The notes under the pieces are model-generated. The model worked only from the letters and a program-made list of their open reading frames with translations, was not told where the DNA came from and did no database searches. Positions 54,173 through 64,000 of a DNA stretch of 64,000 nt are shown one piece after another (position 1 is the first letter of the stretch; each line of letters starts with the position of its first letter). Source of the stretch: an uncultured virus (IMG/VR IMGVR_UViG_2852309159_000005) (Duplodnaviria > Heunggongvirae > Uroviricota > Caudoviricetes); the IMG/VR virus record IMGVR_UViG_2852309159_000005, positions 1 through 64,000 of that record; one strand, 5' to 3'. The position numbers and the translations under genes are program-made.

Positions 54173-54364
54173 ATGATGGCAACCCCTACCCACACTCAAT
54201 TCAAATTTTTGTTTCTGAGTATTAAACGCTCAGATACAACCGCTAAACCTTGTCGTATTGCTGTTACAGCATCGAATGAACACGATGCAAGACTGATGCT
54301 TGTACGTGATTATATCCTGTCATTCGCTGGTCGCTTACCTGCTCAGGAGGTGGCTCATGCGTAA
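54173..54364 (+). CDS. Icd-like cell division inhibitor (C-terminal part of the Ash-like ORF 53867-54364)
   Basis: FKFLFL...ASNEHDARLML...LSFAGRLP. Confidence 0.8.
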   Translation: MMATPTHTQFKFLFLSIKRSDTTAKPCRIAVTASNEHDARLMLVRDYILSFAGRLPAQEVAHA

Positions 54365-54530
54365 CCCTCAACCTAACGATTTCTACACGCATAAAAATAA
54401 TAGCGAAACCGTCAAAGTTCTATCAGTTCAATTTAACCGTGTGACCTTTCAGCGAGACGGCTTTGATAATCCTGTCATTGTTCCATTAAGCCAGTTCAGC
54501 AACGAATACATTTATTCGGGGAGGGCTTAA
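54357..54530 (+). CDS. DUF4222-like protein
   Basis: PQPNDFY...RVTFQRDGF...PLSQF. Confidence 0.65.
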   Translation: MRNPQPNDFYTHKNNSETVKVLSVQFNRVTFQRDGFDNPVIVPLSQFSNEYIYSGRA

Positions 54531-54963
54531 TTATGGGGCGTTATCCAGAAAACTATAAGCGTATTCAAGCCGAAATTTCGAACATGTTAGGCAATGACCT
54601 CCTTTTATCTTCAGAAGAACGTAGCCGTGACCGATTACTTAGGGTTCGGAAAGGTATGGCTCATATTCTTAGTGAAGTATTTCCTCTAATTGATGATCCC
54701 AAAAAAACAAGAACTCTATTACTGGTTGGAAGCCATTAGCCGTATCAGTGGCGCAGAAGCCGTAGACGCTAAATCGAAGGGGGAAGCATGAGCAAACCTA
54801 TTCCATTGGACATAGCTGCATACAAGGCGCAGCAAAATAATTCATTACTTGCCGTTATCTTAGAGTTAGCAAGTAAAGATTGTTCGCGGGAGTTAATCGA
54901 CCTCGTTTCTATTGCGTATGACTTTAATGCGGAAATATGTGAATCCCTTGAGGAGGCGACCAA

Positions 54964-55173
54964 ATGAAAACAATCAAGTTAAATATTGGTCACTTATCTA
55001 CCTTGGAAGAAGTCGAACACATCAACGAAGAACTTCAAGCGTTGTTAATCCCACTGTTAACAGCTGTAGAGAATGAAGCTGAGACGGATACGCATTTTAT
55101 GCTGAGAGCAGTCAACCGCTCAGTGTGTGCTCAAGGAAAAGAAATCACAAAGTTGGTGGAGGTGATGAAATGA
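54964..55173 (+). CDS. Hypothetical satellite protein
   Basis: Coupled ORF with RBS. Confidence 0.55.
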   Translation: MKTIKLNIGHLSTLEEVEHINEELQALLIPLLTAVENEAETDTHFMLRAVNRSVCAQGKEITKLVEVMK

Positions 55174-55754
55174 GACAAGTCACTATCAATGCCACCAGCT
55201 TAAGTCCATTCATGTATCAAGGTAAGCGAGTTGTCACCTTTGCCATGATTGACGAGGTACACCAACGCCCGAAAGGTACAGCAAAGCGCACATTCAACAC
55301 GCATAAAAAGCACTTTATTGATGGAGTGGATTATTTTTTGCTCACTAAGTACGTCATACGTACCGAGTTACCCGAACTGGAAATAGCTGGAAAAGCAAAA
55401 GAGTTAATGCTTATCACTGAATCAGGTTACTTGATGATAGCCAAGCCATTTACAGATGATTTGTCGTGGCAGGTTCAGCGCTCAATGGTTAACAGCTACT
55501 TTCGTTTGTCTGACTTTCCAGAAATTAAACACATTCAAATACCCACGCTGGCGGAACTTGAAGCCATGCCAATTGGTGAGGCTCAGAACTTGATTAGCCG
55601 CTTAGAGGCTGATTCTTATCAAGGGCACGGTAGGCGTGGCAGCTATGCCATGAACCTACGTCGCAAAGAGAAGAAAGCACTTAAACCAATGGTAATCGCC
55701 ATTGAGCAAGCCTCACAGCTACACATTCAGGATATGGGAGATTATCACTCATGA
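55170..55754 (+). CDS. ORF6N-domain antirepressor-like protein
   Basis: YQGKRVVTFAMIDEVHQRPKGTA...LITESGYLMIAKPFTDDLSWQVQR. Confidence 0.85.
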   Translation: MRQVTINATSLSPFMYQGKRVVTFAMIDEVHQRPKGTAKRTFNTHKKHFIDGVDYFLLTKYVIRTELPELEIAGKAKELMLITESGYLMIAKPFTDDLSWQVQRSMVNSYFRLSDFPEIKHIQIPTLAELEAMPIGEAQNLISRLEADSYQGHGRRGSYAMNLRRKEKKALKPMVIAIEQASQLHIQDMGDYHS

Positions 55755-55923
55755 GAACGTTTCTAATTGCAGGTTATGGCACAACACTAAAAGGCCTAAC
55801 ACTAGGCATTAACAAGCAAGTGATATCTGCCAGCCTAAAAGATGCTCAGTCACAAGTGGTGCGAGAGGCGCAACGTGACGGTTTAATTGATATCCGAATC
55901 AACTATGTGCGTGAGGTGAAGTA

Positions 55924-56118
55924 ATGACGCAAGAACAGAAACGTGAAATAGAGCAATTACTAGAACCGCACCAGTTAAAAGTATTAATGCTAATCACCTT
56001 ACTTTCTACGTGGTTGGAAGCAGAGGAATGCGATGAAACCAGAAACATGATCTGGGCTGTATTGACTGTTGTTTATTCAATTAGGGATGAAATGAACGAA
56101 GCAGTAGAGGGTAAGTAA
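55924..56118 (+). CDS. Hypothetical protein
   Basis: Coupled ORF. Confidence 0.55.
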   Translation: MTQEQKREIEQLLEPHQLKVLMLITLLSTWLEAEECDETRNMIWAVLTVVYSIRDEMNEAVEGK

Positions 56119-56714
56119 TGAATATTTCTAATATTAACGCATTCGAACACAGTGAACAGGGTGTGATCCTCATTACTGAAGCAGCCAACCAAGAGGCTAT
56201 CAGTTATACCGAAGCATTAGAGGCATTAAACGATGGTAGCTTTGATGGTGATCTGATTTTTGGCTTTGAATTAGTTTTAGCTATATCCAAAGGAGAGCGT
56301 GACGGCTTTTTTAATCCAACTAATCAGCAGCGTGTGATCTTGTGGCGTTGGATTGTAGCCGCTTCGTTCGTCGCAGAGCAAGCAGACAATAACGGGACGC
56401 ATCAAGTTGACAACGGCAGAGGTAAAACCATTACCGCCGCTATTTATCGCAACAAACATGCAGCGTTAACCGTCTATGCCGCAAGCGAACGTATGTTACT
56501 AGCTAATCACATTGAGGGCGCTGCTTATGAGCACTATGGGGCAGAGAATGGCGCAATTATGGCAGTAAAGATATATAGGGATTTTATCAATCTTGAGCCT
56601 AAACGTGGTTGCCGACTATCAGAGCGAGGGCGTGAGGGGTTATCTGTTCTTCATGATGATCTAATTAGGGCGATAGAAGATGGTGAATTTAGCGACACCG
56701 TAACCATTCATTAA
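56118..56714 (+). CDS. Hypothetical satellite protein
   Basis: 198-aa coupled ORF. Confidence 0.65.
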   Translation: MNISNINAFEHSEQGVILITEAANQEAISYTEALEALNDGSFDGDLIFGFELVLAISKGERDGFFNPTNQQRVILWRWIVAASFVAEQADNNGTHQVDNGRGKTITAAIYRNKHAALTVYAASERMLLANHIEGAAYEHYGAENGAIMAVKIYRDFINLEPKRGCRLSERGREGLSVLHDDLIRAIEDGEFSDTVTIH

Positions 56715-56728
56715 AAGGACGCAATGAC

Positions 56729-57073
56729 ATGATAACGAAGAATTTTAAAGTTAATTCACTAGCGAATAGCTACGCAGCCGCTATTTACCACGATATTACC
56801 ACACGTAATGGCGGTGATTGGTTTTCGATGAAGGTAGGCAACAAAACGATTGAAGTTGCCATTATTGACGGTGTGAAAGGTATTCGAATGCTCGTTGATA
56901 GCTATTTGCTGAAAGCCTTAAAGGGGCAATATCCCACATGGGAGGCAGTTGCTATTAGCTTGATAGAGCAATGTGTCATTAATGGATATGTCACAGGTTA
57001 TGGTCGAGAGGTGTGGCAAAGCATGATTAATGATATGGGCGACTCTTTAGCTGATAAGGGGGCGTTTCAATGA
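56729..57073 (+). CDS. Hypothetical protein preceding the primase
   Basis: RBS; ATGA overlap with the primase. Confidence 0.6.
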   Translation: MITKNFKVNSLANSYAAAIYHDITTRNGGDWFSMKVGNKTIEVAIIDGVKGIRMLVDSYLLKALKGQYPTWEAVAISLIEQCVINGYVTGYGREVWQSMINDMGDSLADKGAFQ

Positions 57074-59818
57074 AGCCGATTGATGTTATCCGTGAGGTGA
57101 AGCTGAAAGCTAACGGACAATGGCAAGCTATATTATCTCACCTTGAGGCAGAAGTGCCCCTAAACACGCACACGGCTTGCCCTCATTGTGGTGGTAAAGA
57201 CCGGTTTAGATTTGATAACAAGGACGGTAATGGCACGTTTATTTGTAATCAGTGCGGTTCTGGTGATGGATTAGATCTCGTTCAGCGTGTGTTAGGTGTC
57301 AGTGTAACCGAAGCTGCAAAAGAGGTTGCTAACATAATTGGTATTGATACCCGTTCAGCGTGTCCACCAGCCTACCGTCGTTCTGAGATAAAAGCACAAC
57401 AAGACGAACTGAAAGCGCAGCAAGCCGAAAAACAAGCTAACGAGAAGAGAGAGAAGCATAAACGCTTTATTGAACGGTATAACCGCACTATTGCCAATGT
57501 TCAACGTGGGAGATCTGACTATCTCAAGGCTAAGGGGCTGCATGGTTTTGAAATGGATTTATTACAGGACGGTTCTCTTATCATTCCATTATTGGACGCT
57601 GGTGGCGTTATTACTGGCGCACAAACTATTAAGCCTAATGGTGATAAGCGTTTACTGTCAGATAGCTCAAAGTCAGGCAGTTATTACCCCATCAATGAGC
57701 CTGTAAACGTCTCTACGGTGATTATCGCTGAAGGATTAGCAACCGCCCTAACGTGTCACTTAATCCAACCAGAAGCGCACACAGTTGCGGCAATTGATGC
57801 GGGAAACCTCATTCATGTAGCTAAGGTAATGCGAGTTAAGTATCCAGAGAGCAAGATTATTATTGCTGGGGATAACGATATTAAGCCAGACCAAGACAAT
57901 ACAGGGAAATTAGCGGCAGAAAAGGCAGCTAAGGCGGTTAATGGTGTCGCAGTTTTACCCCCAACTGATGATAAAGCCGATTGGGATGACTACCGCCTAT
58001 CACACGGTATTGAGGCGGCAAGACAGGCATTTAATGGCCAAGTGGATCAGCAAGCAGGTGAAATAGTGGAAGAGAATAACGTGATCCACATTGACGCAAA
58101 AAAGAAAGTCAGACCTGACGATGACTTAGCCCCATTTTTTGATAAGCGTCATGGTGGTTTGTATTACATCGAACGCAAGCAAAACAATACGACGGGCGAG
58201 ATTGACGAAAAAGAAACGTGGTTTTCGGATGAAATGGCTACGGTAGGTATTGGCTCTGATGGCAAAGACAGCTATTTAGTTATCGAGATGAAGCAAGAAG
58301 GTAGCAACCGCATAATTTATGAAGCCATTCCGAGACGTGAACTAGGTTCGCCTCAAGGGTGGGGGAGGTTACGCTCCCGTGGCGTTAATATTACAACAAA
58401 GCGTGGTCAATTGGATTTATTAGCTAACTACCTTCAACGGAAAGGAAAGCGCGACGAATGGACGATCACACATACCGCAGGTTGGCATGATGGAGCGTAT
58501 GTGATGCCCGATGGTCATATTATTGGTACACCTAGCCGCCCTGTTGCCTTTTGCGGCGGAACGTCTGCCGTTGCGGGTTATATCGTCAGGGGAACCGCTG
58601 AAAGCTGGCGGAAGAATGTCGGTAATTTAATGAAAGGCAACCAATCTATGATTTTAGGTGGTTTAGTTGCGTTAGCTGCCCCACTGAACTCATTATCGGG
58701 CGGTAGCTCGTTTGGCATTCACCTATTCGCTCAATCCTCAGCAGGGAAAACAACTACTGTAGAAGCGGCTTCAAGTATCTACGGTGTACCCGATGAACTG
58801 AAATTAACATGGGATGCGACAAAGTACGGGTTAACGATTGAAGCCGCCTCTCGAAATGATGGATTTATGCCAATTGATGAAATTGGGCAGGGTAACGATG
58901 TGCGGCATGTGGCAGGAAGTGCCTACAGTTTATTTAATGGTACAGGGCGTATTCAAGGTAATAAAGACGGGGGAAACAAAGCCGTTTTACGTTGGGCGAT
59001 TGTGGCGTTATCAACGGGTGAGGAAGATTTTGAAACTTACCTCATTCGTAATGGTGTTACCCCAAAAGCAGGGCAATTAGTGCGACTGGTGAGTGTGCCA
59101 TTTACCGATACTGTCGAGTTTCACAGCCTTGATGATGGTGATTTGCATTCACGAGCAATAAAACGCGCATCAACGCAGCATTGCGGGGCAGTTGGTAGAG
59201 CATGGATTGAGTATTTAGCCAACAATCAGGACATGGCCAACCAGAAAGTGACCGTCAAAGAAAACGAATGGTTATCGAGTTTACCCGAAGAGGCGTCACC
59301 ACAGGTTAAGCGAGTCCGCTACCCGTTTTGCCATGTTAGACGCTACCGCAGAGCTATCAGCCTCAATTACGGGTTGGGATAGTGGCGAATGTAGCCGATT
59401 TATTCGTAATAGCTTCAATGAATGGCTAGAGAACTATGGCACAGGAAACCGAGAAAAATATCAAGTCGTTAAACGGGCAAGGGATTTTATTCAACGCTAT
59501 GGATTAAATCGCTTTCAGCCATACACCTATGGGAAGCGCAACGGAGATTTAGACCGAGTTTACGCAGGAAGAATAACAAACCTTGCGGGTTACTTGGTTT
59601 CTGGTCGCAGAGAGGACGGCAAGGACGAATATCATATTATCCCGTCAGTATTTGAAGATGAAATACTCTCAGGTATTCAAAAGAAATTGGGGGCGGAAGC
59701 GCTCGAAGAGGCAGGTATTTTAGTCAGACCGGAATCAGGGCGTGTAGACGGTAAAACTATCAGCATTAATGGTAGTCAGCAGCGATTTGTTGTCTTAATT
59801 GATAGCGAGGAAGAATAA
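57070..59818 (+). CDS. Primase-helicase (Zn finger, TOPRIM, DUF927); frameshift near 59315-59330
   Basis: CPHCGGKDRFRFD; AEGLATA; AGDND; GWHDGAYVMPDG; SSAGKTT. Confidence 0.92.
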
Positions 59819-59857
59819 CCAGCCAGAACAGAATCCCCGTGATGAATTAAAAACGTT

Positions 59858-60099
59858 GGGATAAGTGGGATAACGGGATAAGAATTAAAAAAGATAATAA
59901 TATTATTAAGTTAAGTTACTTCTATTTATCCCATGTTATCCCAAGTTACCCCAAATCAAATGATAATAATTTGTTACAAATGTTAATCAAAAAGCAAAGT
60001 TATCCCAAAAATAAAAAGTCTGGGATAAGAAATCGAGGTGTTTGGGATAAGTTAACTTGATGATATTAAATGAAAATAAGCAACTTATCCCGTTATCCC
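59858..60099. repeat. Satellite replication origin: ten GGGATAA/TTATCCC iterons around AT-rich spacers
   Basis: GGGATAA at 59858, 59867, 59875, 60022, 60044; TTATCCC at 59926, 59936, 60000, 60085, 60093. Confidence 0.85.
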
Positions 60100-60137
60100 A
60101 AAGAAAAATCGTTTTTCGCCTATAGAGAGATATTTAA

Positions 60138-60576
60138 ATGAGCACTCAAATACTCACACTAAAACGTAAAAAATCCACCAGCAACGAACACACCAAAAAG
60201 CTTGCAAACTAAAACGCCACAGGAAGCCTCGCAGCAACCGAAGAAGAAAAATAAGGCAGATGTTCACGCGAAGAAGAAACAACACCGTATTGACCGTATA
60301 GCGAAGCACTGGACGATATTTAATGAGCCAGAGGCTAAACCACTGATGATAGGTATCAAGGAAGTCATGATTGCTGAGGTTAAAGATAAAGGGTTGGATA
60401 TTCCAGAGAGCCATATTAAACAGGGATTACGATCATACATTAGTCGTAAAACCTATCTGAAAGCCCTTACTCTGGGCGGTAATCGTTTTGATATGAACGG
60501 GCAGCCTAAAGGAGAAATCACACCTCAACAACAAGCATTAGCAAAACAAATGCTGGTGGAATGGGGGAGACAATAA
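60138..60576 (+). CDS. ProQ/FinO-domain protein (5' frameshift)
   Basis: KPLMIGI...LRSYISRKTYLKAL..GGNRFDMNGQPKGEIT. Confidence 0.85.
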
Positions 60577-60681
60577 ATAAAAAATACCGCCAGAGCGTGA
60601 GCAAAGGCGGTCACTAGAAGAAAAAATGTATAGACATAGCCTTCCTATCCTAATATCAAACAACAAATAAGTCATCAAAAA

Positions 60682-60697
60682 CTGGTTATAAATACAG
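60682..60697. promoter_or_regulatory. Second LexA-like box CTGGTTATAAATACAG upstream of the tail module
   Basis: CTG-N10-CAG with an AT-rich core (reverse strand CTGTATTTATAACCAG); TATAAT at 60728. Confidence 0.6.
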
Positions 60698-60970
60698 TGT
60701 GTTGATTTAAATTTATACCAGAACAGTTATAATGTTTCACAATACGCAATGAATTAATAAATTGATGCAAAAGGTGAAATGTTATGAGCCAATCTCAAAA
60801 AAAACATTCAGTCATTCTTACCCCGTCACAATCTGAGCTATTGAAATTTTTGTTACCCCAAAGAGCAAGCAAACAACCCTAGCCACAGAAAAGTAACGTT
60901 ACATAGTATTGCACGTAGAGCATTAGATATAGGTTTAGATATGATGCAAAAAAATCATTAAGGAATATTT

Positions 60971-61312
60971 ATGACAGGAAAATTTATTCAACAATTTGAG
61001 CGTAAAAATGCCATCGTGAATATAAATACATCGGATGGCATAAAGTCACTTGCTGTCGTGTTTCGTCTCCCCAAAGACCCTAATACACAAAGTTATCTTC
61101 GAATGATCCAGGCTATTCCTGAAATGTCACCTACGGAAATTTTGCTTGAGGTTATCGAAGCATGGGAATTTGATGAGTCGCTTAACTCAGCCAATATGAC
61201 TAAGTTGATTGATAATTGTCCTCAGGCCGCATTTGCCATCATGGAAGCGTTTGGGCGTTTGATTCATTCTCGTGAAATACAACAAATCTGGGGGCAAAAA
61301 TGGCTGATGTAG
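60971..61312 (+). CDS. Phage tail assembly chaperone (TAC_4-like)
   Basis: EVIEAWEFDESLNSANMTKLIDNCPQAAFAI; overlaps the tape measure start. Confidence 0.65.
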   Translation: MTGKFIQQFERKNAIVNINTSDGIKSLAVVFRLPKDPNTQSYLRMIQAIPEMSPTEILLEVIEAWEFDESLNSANMTKLIDNCPQAAFAIMEAFGRLIHSREIQQIWGQKWLM

Positions 61313-64000
61313 CAACAATTTCGCTTGAGGTGAGAACGTCTGACTTAGAGCGCGGTACGCAAAAGTTAAAAGAGTTTGGAGATACAGCCGAAAAGGTGAG
61401 TAGTTTCTTCGCGAAATTTAAATGACCAGTTTAATAAAGGGGTTGGTCACCAAAAAAAAATTTCTGATGTAATAAAAAAGCAAAGGGAAGAATTTGATAA
61501 TTTACTTAACTCGATAAATCCAACCAATAAAGCGTTTCAAAAACTAGATGAATGGCAAGCTAAATTAGCTAGCGCTAGCAAAAAAGGTATTTACCCAAGT
61601 GATGAGATTGCAAAGTATAACGCCATACTTGAGCAGACTAGAGATAAATTAACACGAGTTAATATGTCCCTTACTGCTGAAGGGCAGGCGCTATTAGCTC
61701 AAGAGGCGGCAACAAATAGAGCTAAGCGAGCTGCTGATGATTTTTTAAATTCACTGAAAAATCAAACTGAAATCATAGGAAAAACGAGGACAGAGATTTT
61801 AGAGTTAAAAGCAGCACAACTTGGTGTGTCGCAACAAGCCGCGCCGATGATCAATAAGCTAAAAGAGCAAGAAAAAGCCTTTATGAATGGCTCAATTACC
61901 ATTGGCCAATATCGAAACGCTATGCGGCAATTGCCAGCCCAAATGACAGATATTGTTACGTCATTAGCATCAGGAATGCCTGTTTGGATGGTGATGATAC
62001 AACAAGGGGGGCAGATAAAGGACTCATTTGGTGGTATAGGTAATTCATTGAAGGCTGTAACTTCATTAATCACTCCGTTAAATGTAGGGCTTGCTGCCGC
62101 TGCTTTAGCCGTGGGAGGTTTGAGTTATGCGACATTCAAAGCCCAGATGGTACAGGAAGCCTTTAACCGAGCATTAATAACATCAGGTAAGTATGCTGGG
62201 CTTTCTCGAGGGGAAATTATTGGTTATGCGAACACCATTACTCAAGCTGGGCTAAGTGCTGATTCAGCCACAGAATCACTTACTAAGCTATTAGACGCGG
62301 GGTTAAAAATAGGTGTCGACATTGGCAAGGCTGGAAATGCTATTGCGGAATTTTCCCGTTATTCAGGTAAAAGCATTGATTCGCTTGTCTCGCATTTTGC
62401 ACGATTATCTAATGATCCGTATGGTGGTTCTATTGAACTAAATAAACAGTATCGCTATTTAAGCGCTTCTGTATTACAGCACATTAAAGAACTAGAAGAC
62501 CAAGGAAAGACCACGGAAGCCGTAACATATGCTACTGACGCATTAAGTGGAGCGATGGCAGATCGCGCAAATGAAATACGTTCAAGCATGGGGACACTAC
62601 CAAGCTTTTTTGATGAGATTGGACGTGCTGCTAATAAAATGTGGGATTCGGTGATGGGGCTTGGTGCTGATCCTTCCAAAGCTGAACGATTAGCTAAACT
62701 AGAACAACAAATAAAGTTTGCTAAATCTGATCCTCGGAGGGGTACAGATAAAAGAAAAGGGCTTTCTTATAAAGATGATAAAGAATTGGAACTTCTAGAA
62801 AAGGAAAGGGATGAGTTACTAAAATCAATTGAAGCTGATAAAAAGGCAGCAGAACTCCAAGAGCGTAGTATTAACAACCAAGTATATTTTAATCAACTGG
62901 TTGATAAAGGCACAGATAATGCCGAGAAACGCAGGAGGGAGCACGAAAAATTAAATAAAGCTATACAGGATAATATTGAGCTAGCGAAAAAAGGTGAAGT
63001 CAAACTCTGGACAGATGAACAAATAAAAATGGCCAGAGAAGGAATTGATAAAGCTTTTAAGGATCCGGTTAAACGTAAACCGACTTTTCATAAAGCTGCT
63101 TTTGCAGGAATGCGCCGTGATGAAGGCACTCAAAGTCATGTCATTGCGTTAAAAGCTGAGCTTGAGATGTTGAGTCAAGAAAGCCGACATATAGGCACAA
63201 TTAGTCAGCAACGTAGGGCATTATGGCAAGAGCAAGCTAAGTTTCAAATTCTTGAGCAAGCCAATAAAGAACGAACACTGAGCTTGGAAGAACGAGCCTT
63301 ATTAGCAAGAAAAGACTCAATATTGGCAGAAAAAGAAAAGGCCGCCAGTATTGGAGATCAGATAGAGCAACAGAAACAGTTAAATCAGTTACGTTATTCC
63401 AATGATGACCTTAAAGCTGAGATCGAACTACGCAAAGCAACGATAGGAATGACTAACGAACAAATAGCACAACAAAGAGAACTACTCAAATTAAAAATGG
63501 AGTGGACTAAAAAAGGAGGGGCTGAAACGGATGAAGAATACCTACGTGGTGTAGATTTAATTCAGGAAAAATATGAAACAGAAAGCTGGCTACGTGAGCA
63601 ATGGCGCGAAGGAGTTAAGAAAGCATATGCAGAATATGTGATTAGTGTTACAGATGCAAATGCGGCAGCACAACAATTAACTAAACAAGCTTTTGATAGC
63701 ATGACGGGGGCAATGACTGACTTTCTAACGAAAAGCAAAGCTAGTTTTAAAGATTATGCTGCTAGTTTCTTTAATTTGGCAACAAAAATGATCGTCCAGC
63801 TTACAACGATAAGAATGTTAGAGGCTGGGCTTGGTGGTACAACACTTGGTAATTTTTTAGGGATAAAAGGGCATGCCACAGGTGGCTATACTGGTGATGG
63901 TGGTAAATATGACCCCGCAGGTGTAGTACATAAAGGCGAGTTCGTCTTTACCAAGGAAGCAACGCAACGACTAGGTGTGGATAATCTCTATCGACTAATG
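61300..64000 (+). CDS. Lambda gpH-type tape measure protein carried by the satellite (extra T near 61405; runs off the window, absent from the ORF track)
   Basis: Hand translation: GQYRNAMRQLPAQMTDIVTSLASG...QQGGQIKDSFGG and HATGGYTGDGGKYDPAGVVHKGEFVFTKEATQRLGVDNLYRLM, both gpH hallmarks; frame open from ~61406 to the end. Confidence 0.92.

Larger units (their letters stand above)
49682..64000 (+). mobile_element. PICI/P4-like phage satellite (right end outside the window)
   Basis: int, alpA, rha, ash/icd, DUF4222, ORF6N, primase-DUF927, iteron ori and ProQ, all on one strand at a tRNA 3' end. Confidence 0.9.

Noticed and set aside
61300..61425. Programmed frameshift at the start of the satellite TMP
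   Set aside because: No XXXYYYZ slippery site at the break; the pattern matches the window-wide indel errors
22086..62679. Numerous short antisense or out-of-frame ORFs in the track (e.g. 22086-22484, 23077-23406, 40618-41019, 61762-62073, 62455-62679)
   Set aside because: They are shadows of well-supported genes, with no motifs; Rz1 (21416-21613) is the only nested ORF accepted in the window
49848..64000. Capsid-forming PICI or canonical P4
   Set aside because: No capsid, portal, terminase, sid, psu or delta genes in the visible part; cannot be excluded beyond 64000

Overview
The window holds two tandem mobile elements in an AT-rich enterobacterial host (Proteus/Morganellaceae-like, inferred). 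(1) Bases 1-~49681 are an essentially complete lambdoid siphoprophage. It has P22/DLP12-type int-xis, RecT-Exo-Ssb, N, cI/cro/cII, O/DnaB, a nin region, Q, a lysis cassette, head and tail genes, a low-GC moron/antirepressor insert in the tail operon and a holE homolog. It ends at the 3' half of tRNA-Arg(UCU), taken as attR. (2) Bases ~49682-64000 (running past the window end) are a PICI/P4-like satellite with integrase, alpA, rha, C4/CI antisense-icd, DUF927 primase, an iteron origin and ProQ/FinO. The most notable signal is the ~800-nt non-coding leader between the satellite int and alpA. It reads as a LexA-boxed promoter, then seven boxA elements interleaved with varied boxB-like hairpins, then an intrinsic terminator. 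One hairpin shares 16 identical nt with the neighbouring prophage's nutR, and others resemble lambda and P22 boxB. This suggests an SOS-plus-helper-N sensor or an N sponge. The satellite also carries, behind a second LexA-like box, a tail assembly chaperone and a lambda-gpH-type tape measure gene where packaging genes are expected. Many genes are split by single-base indels, mostly at homopolymers, most likely sequencing errors. All family calls come from recognising motifs by eye, not from database searches.
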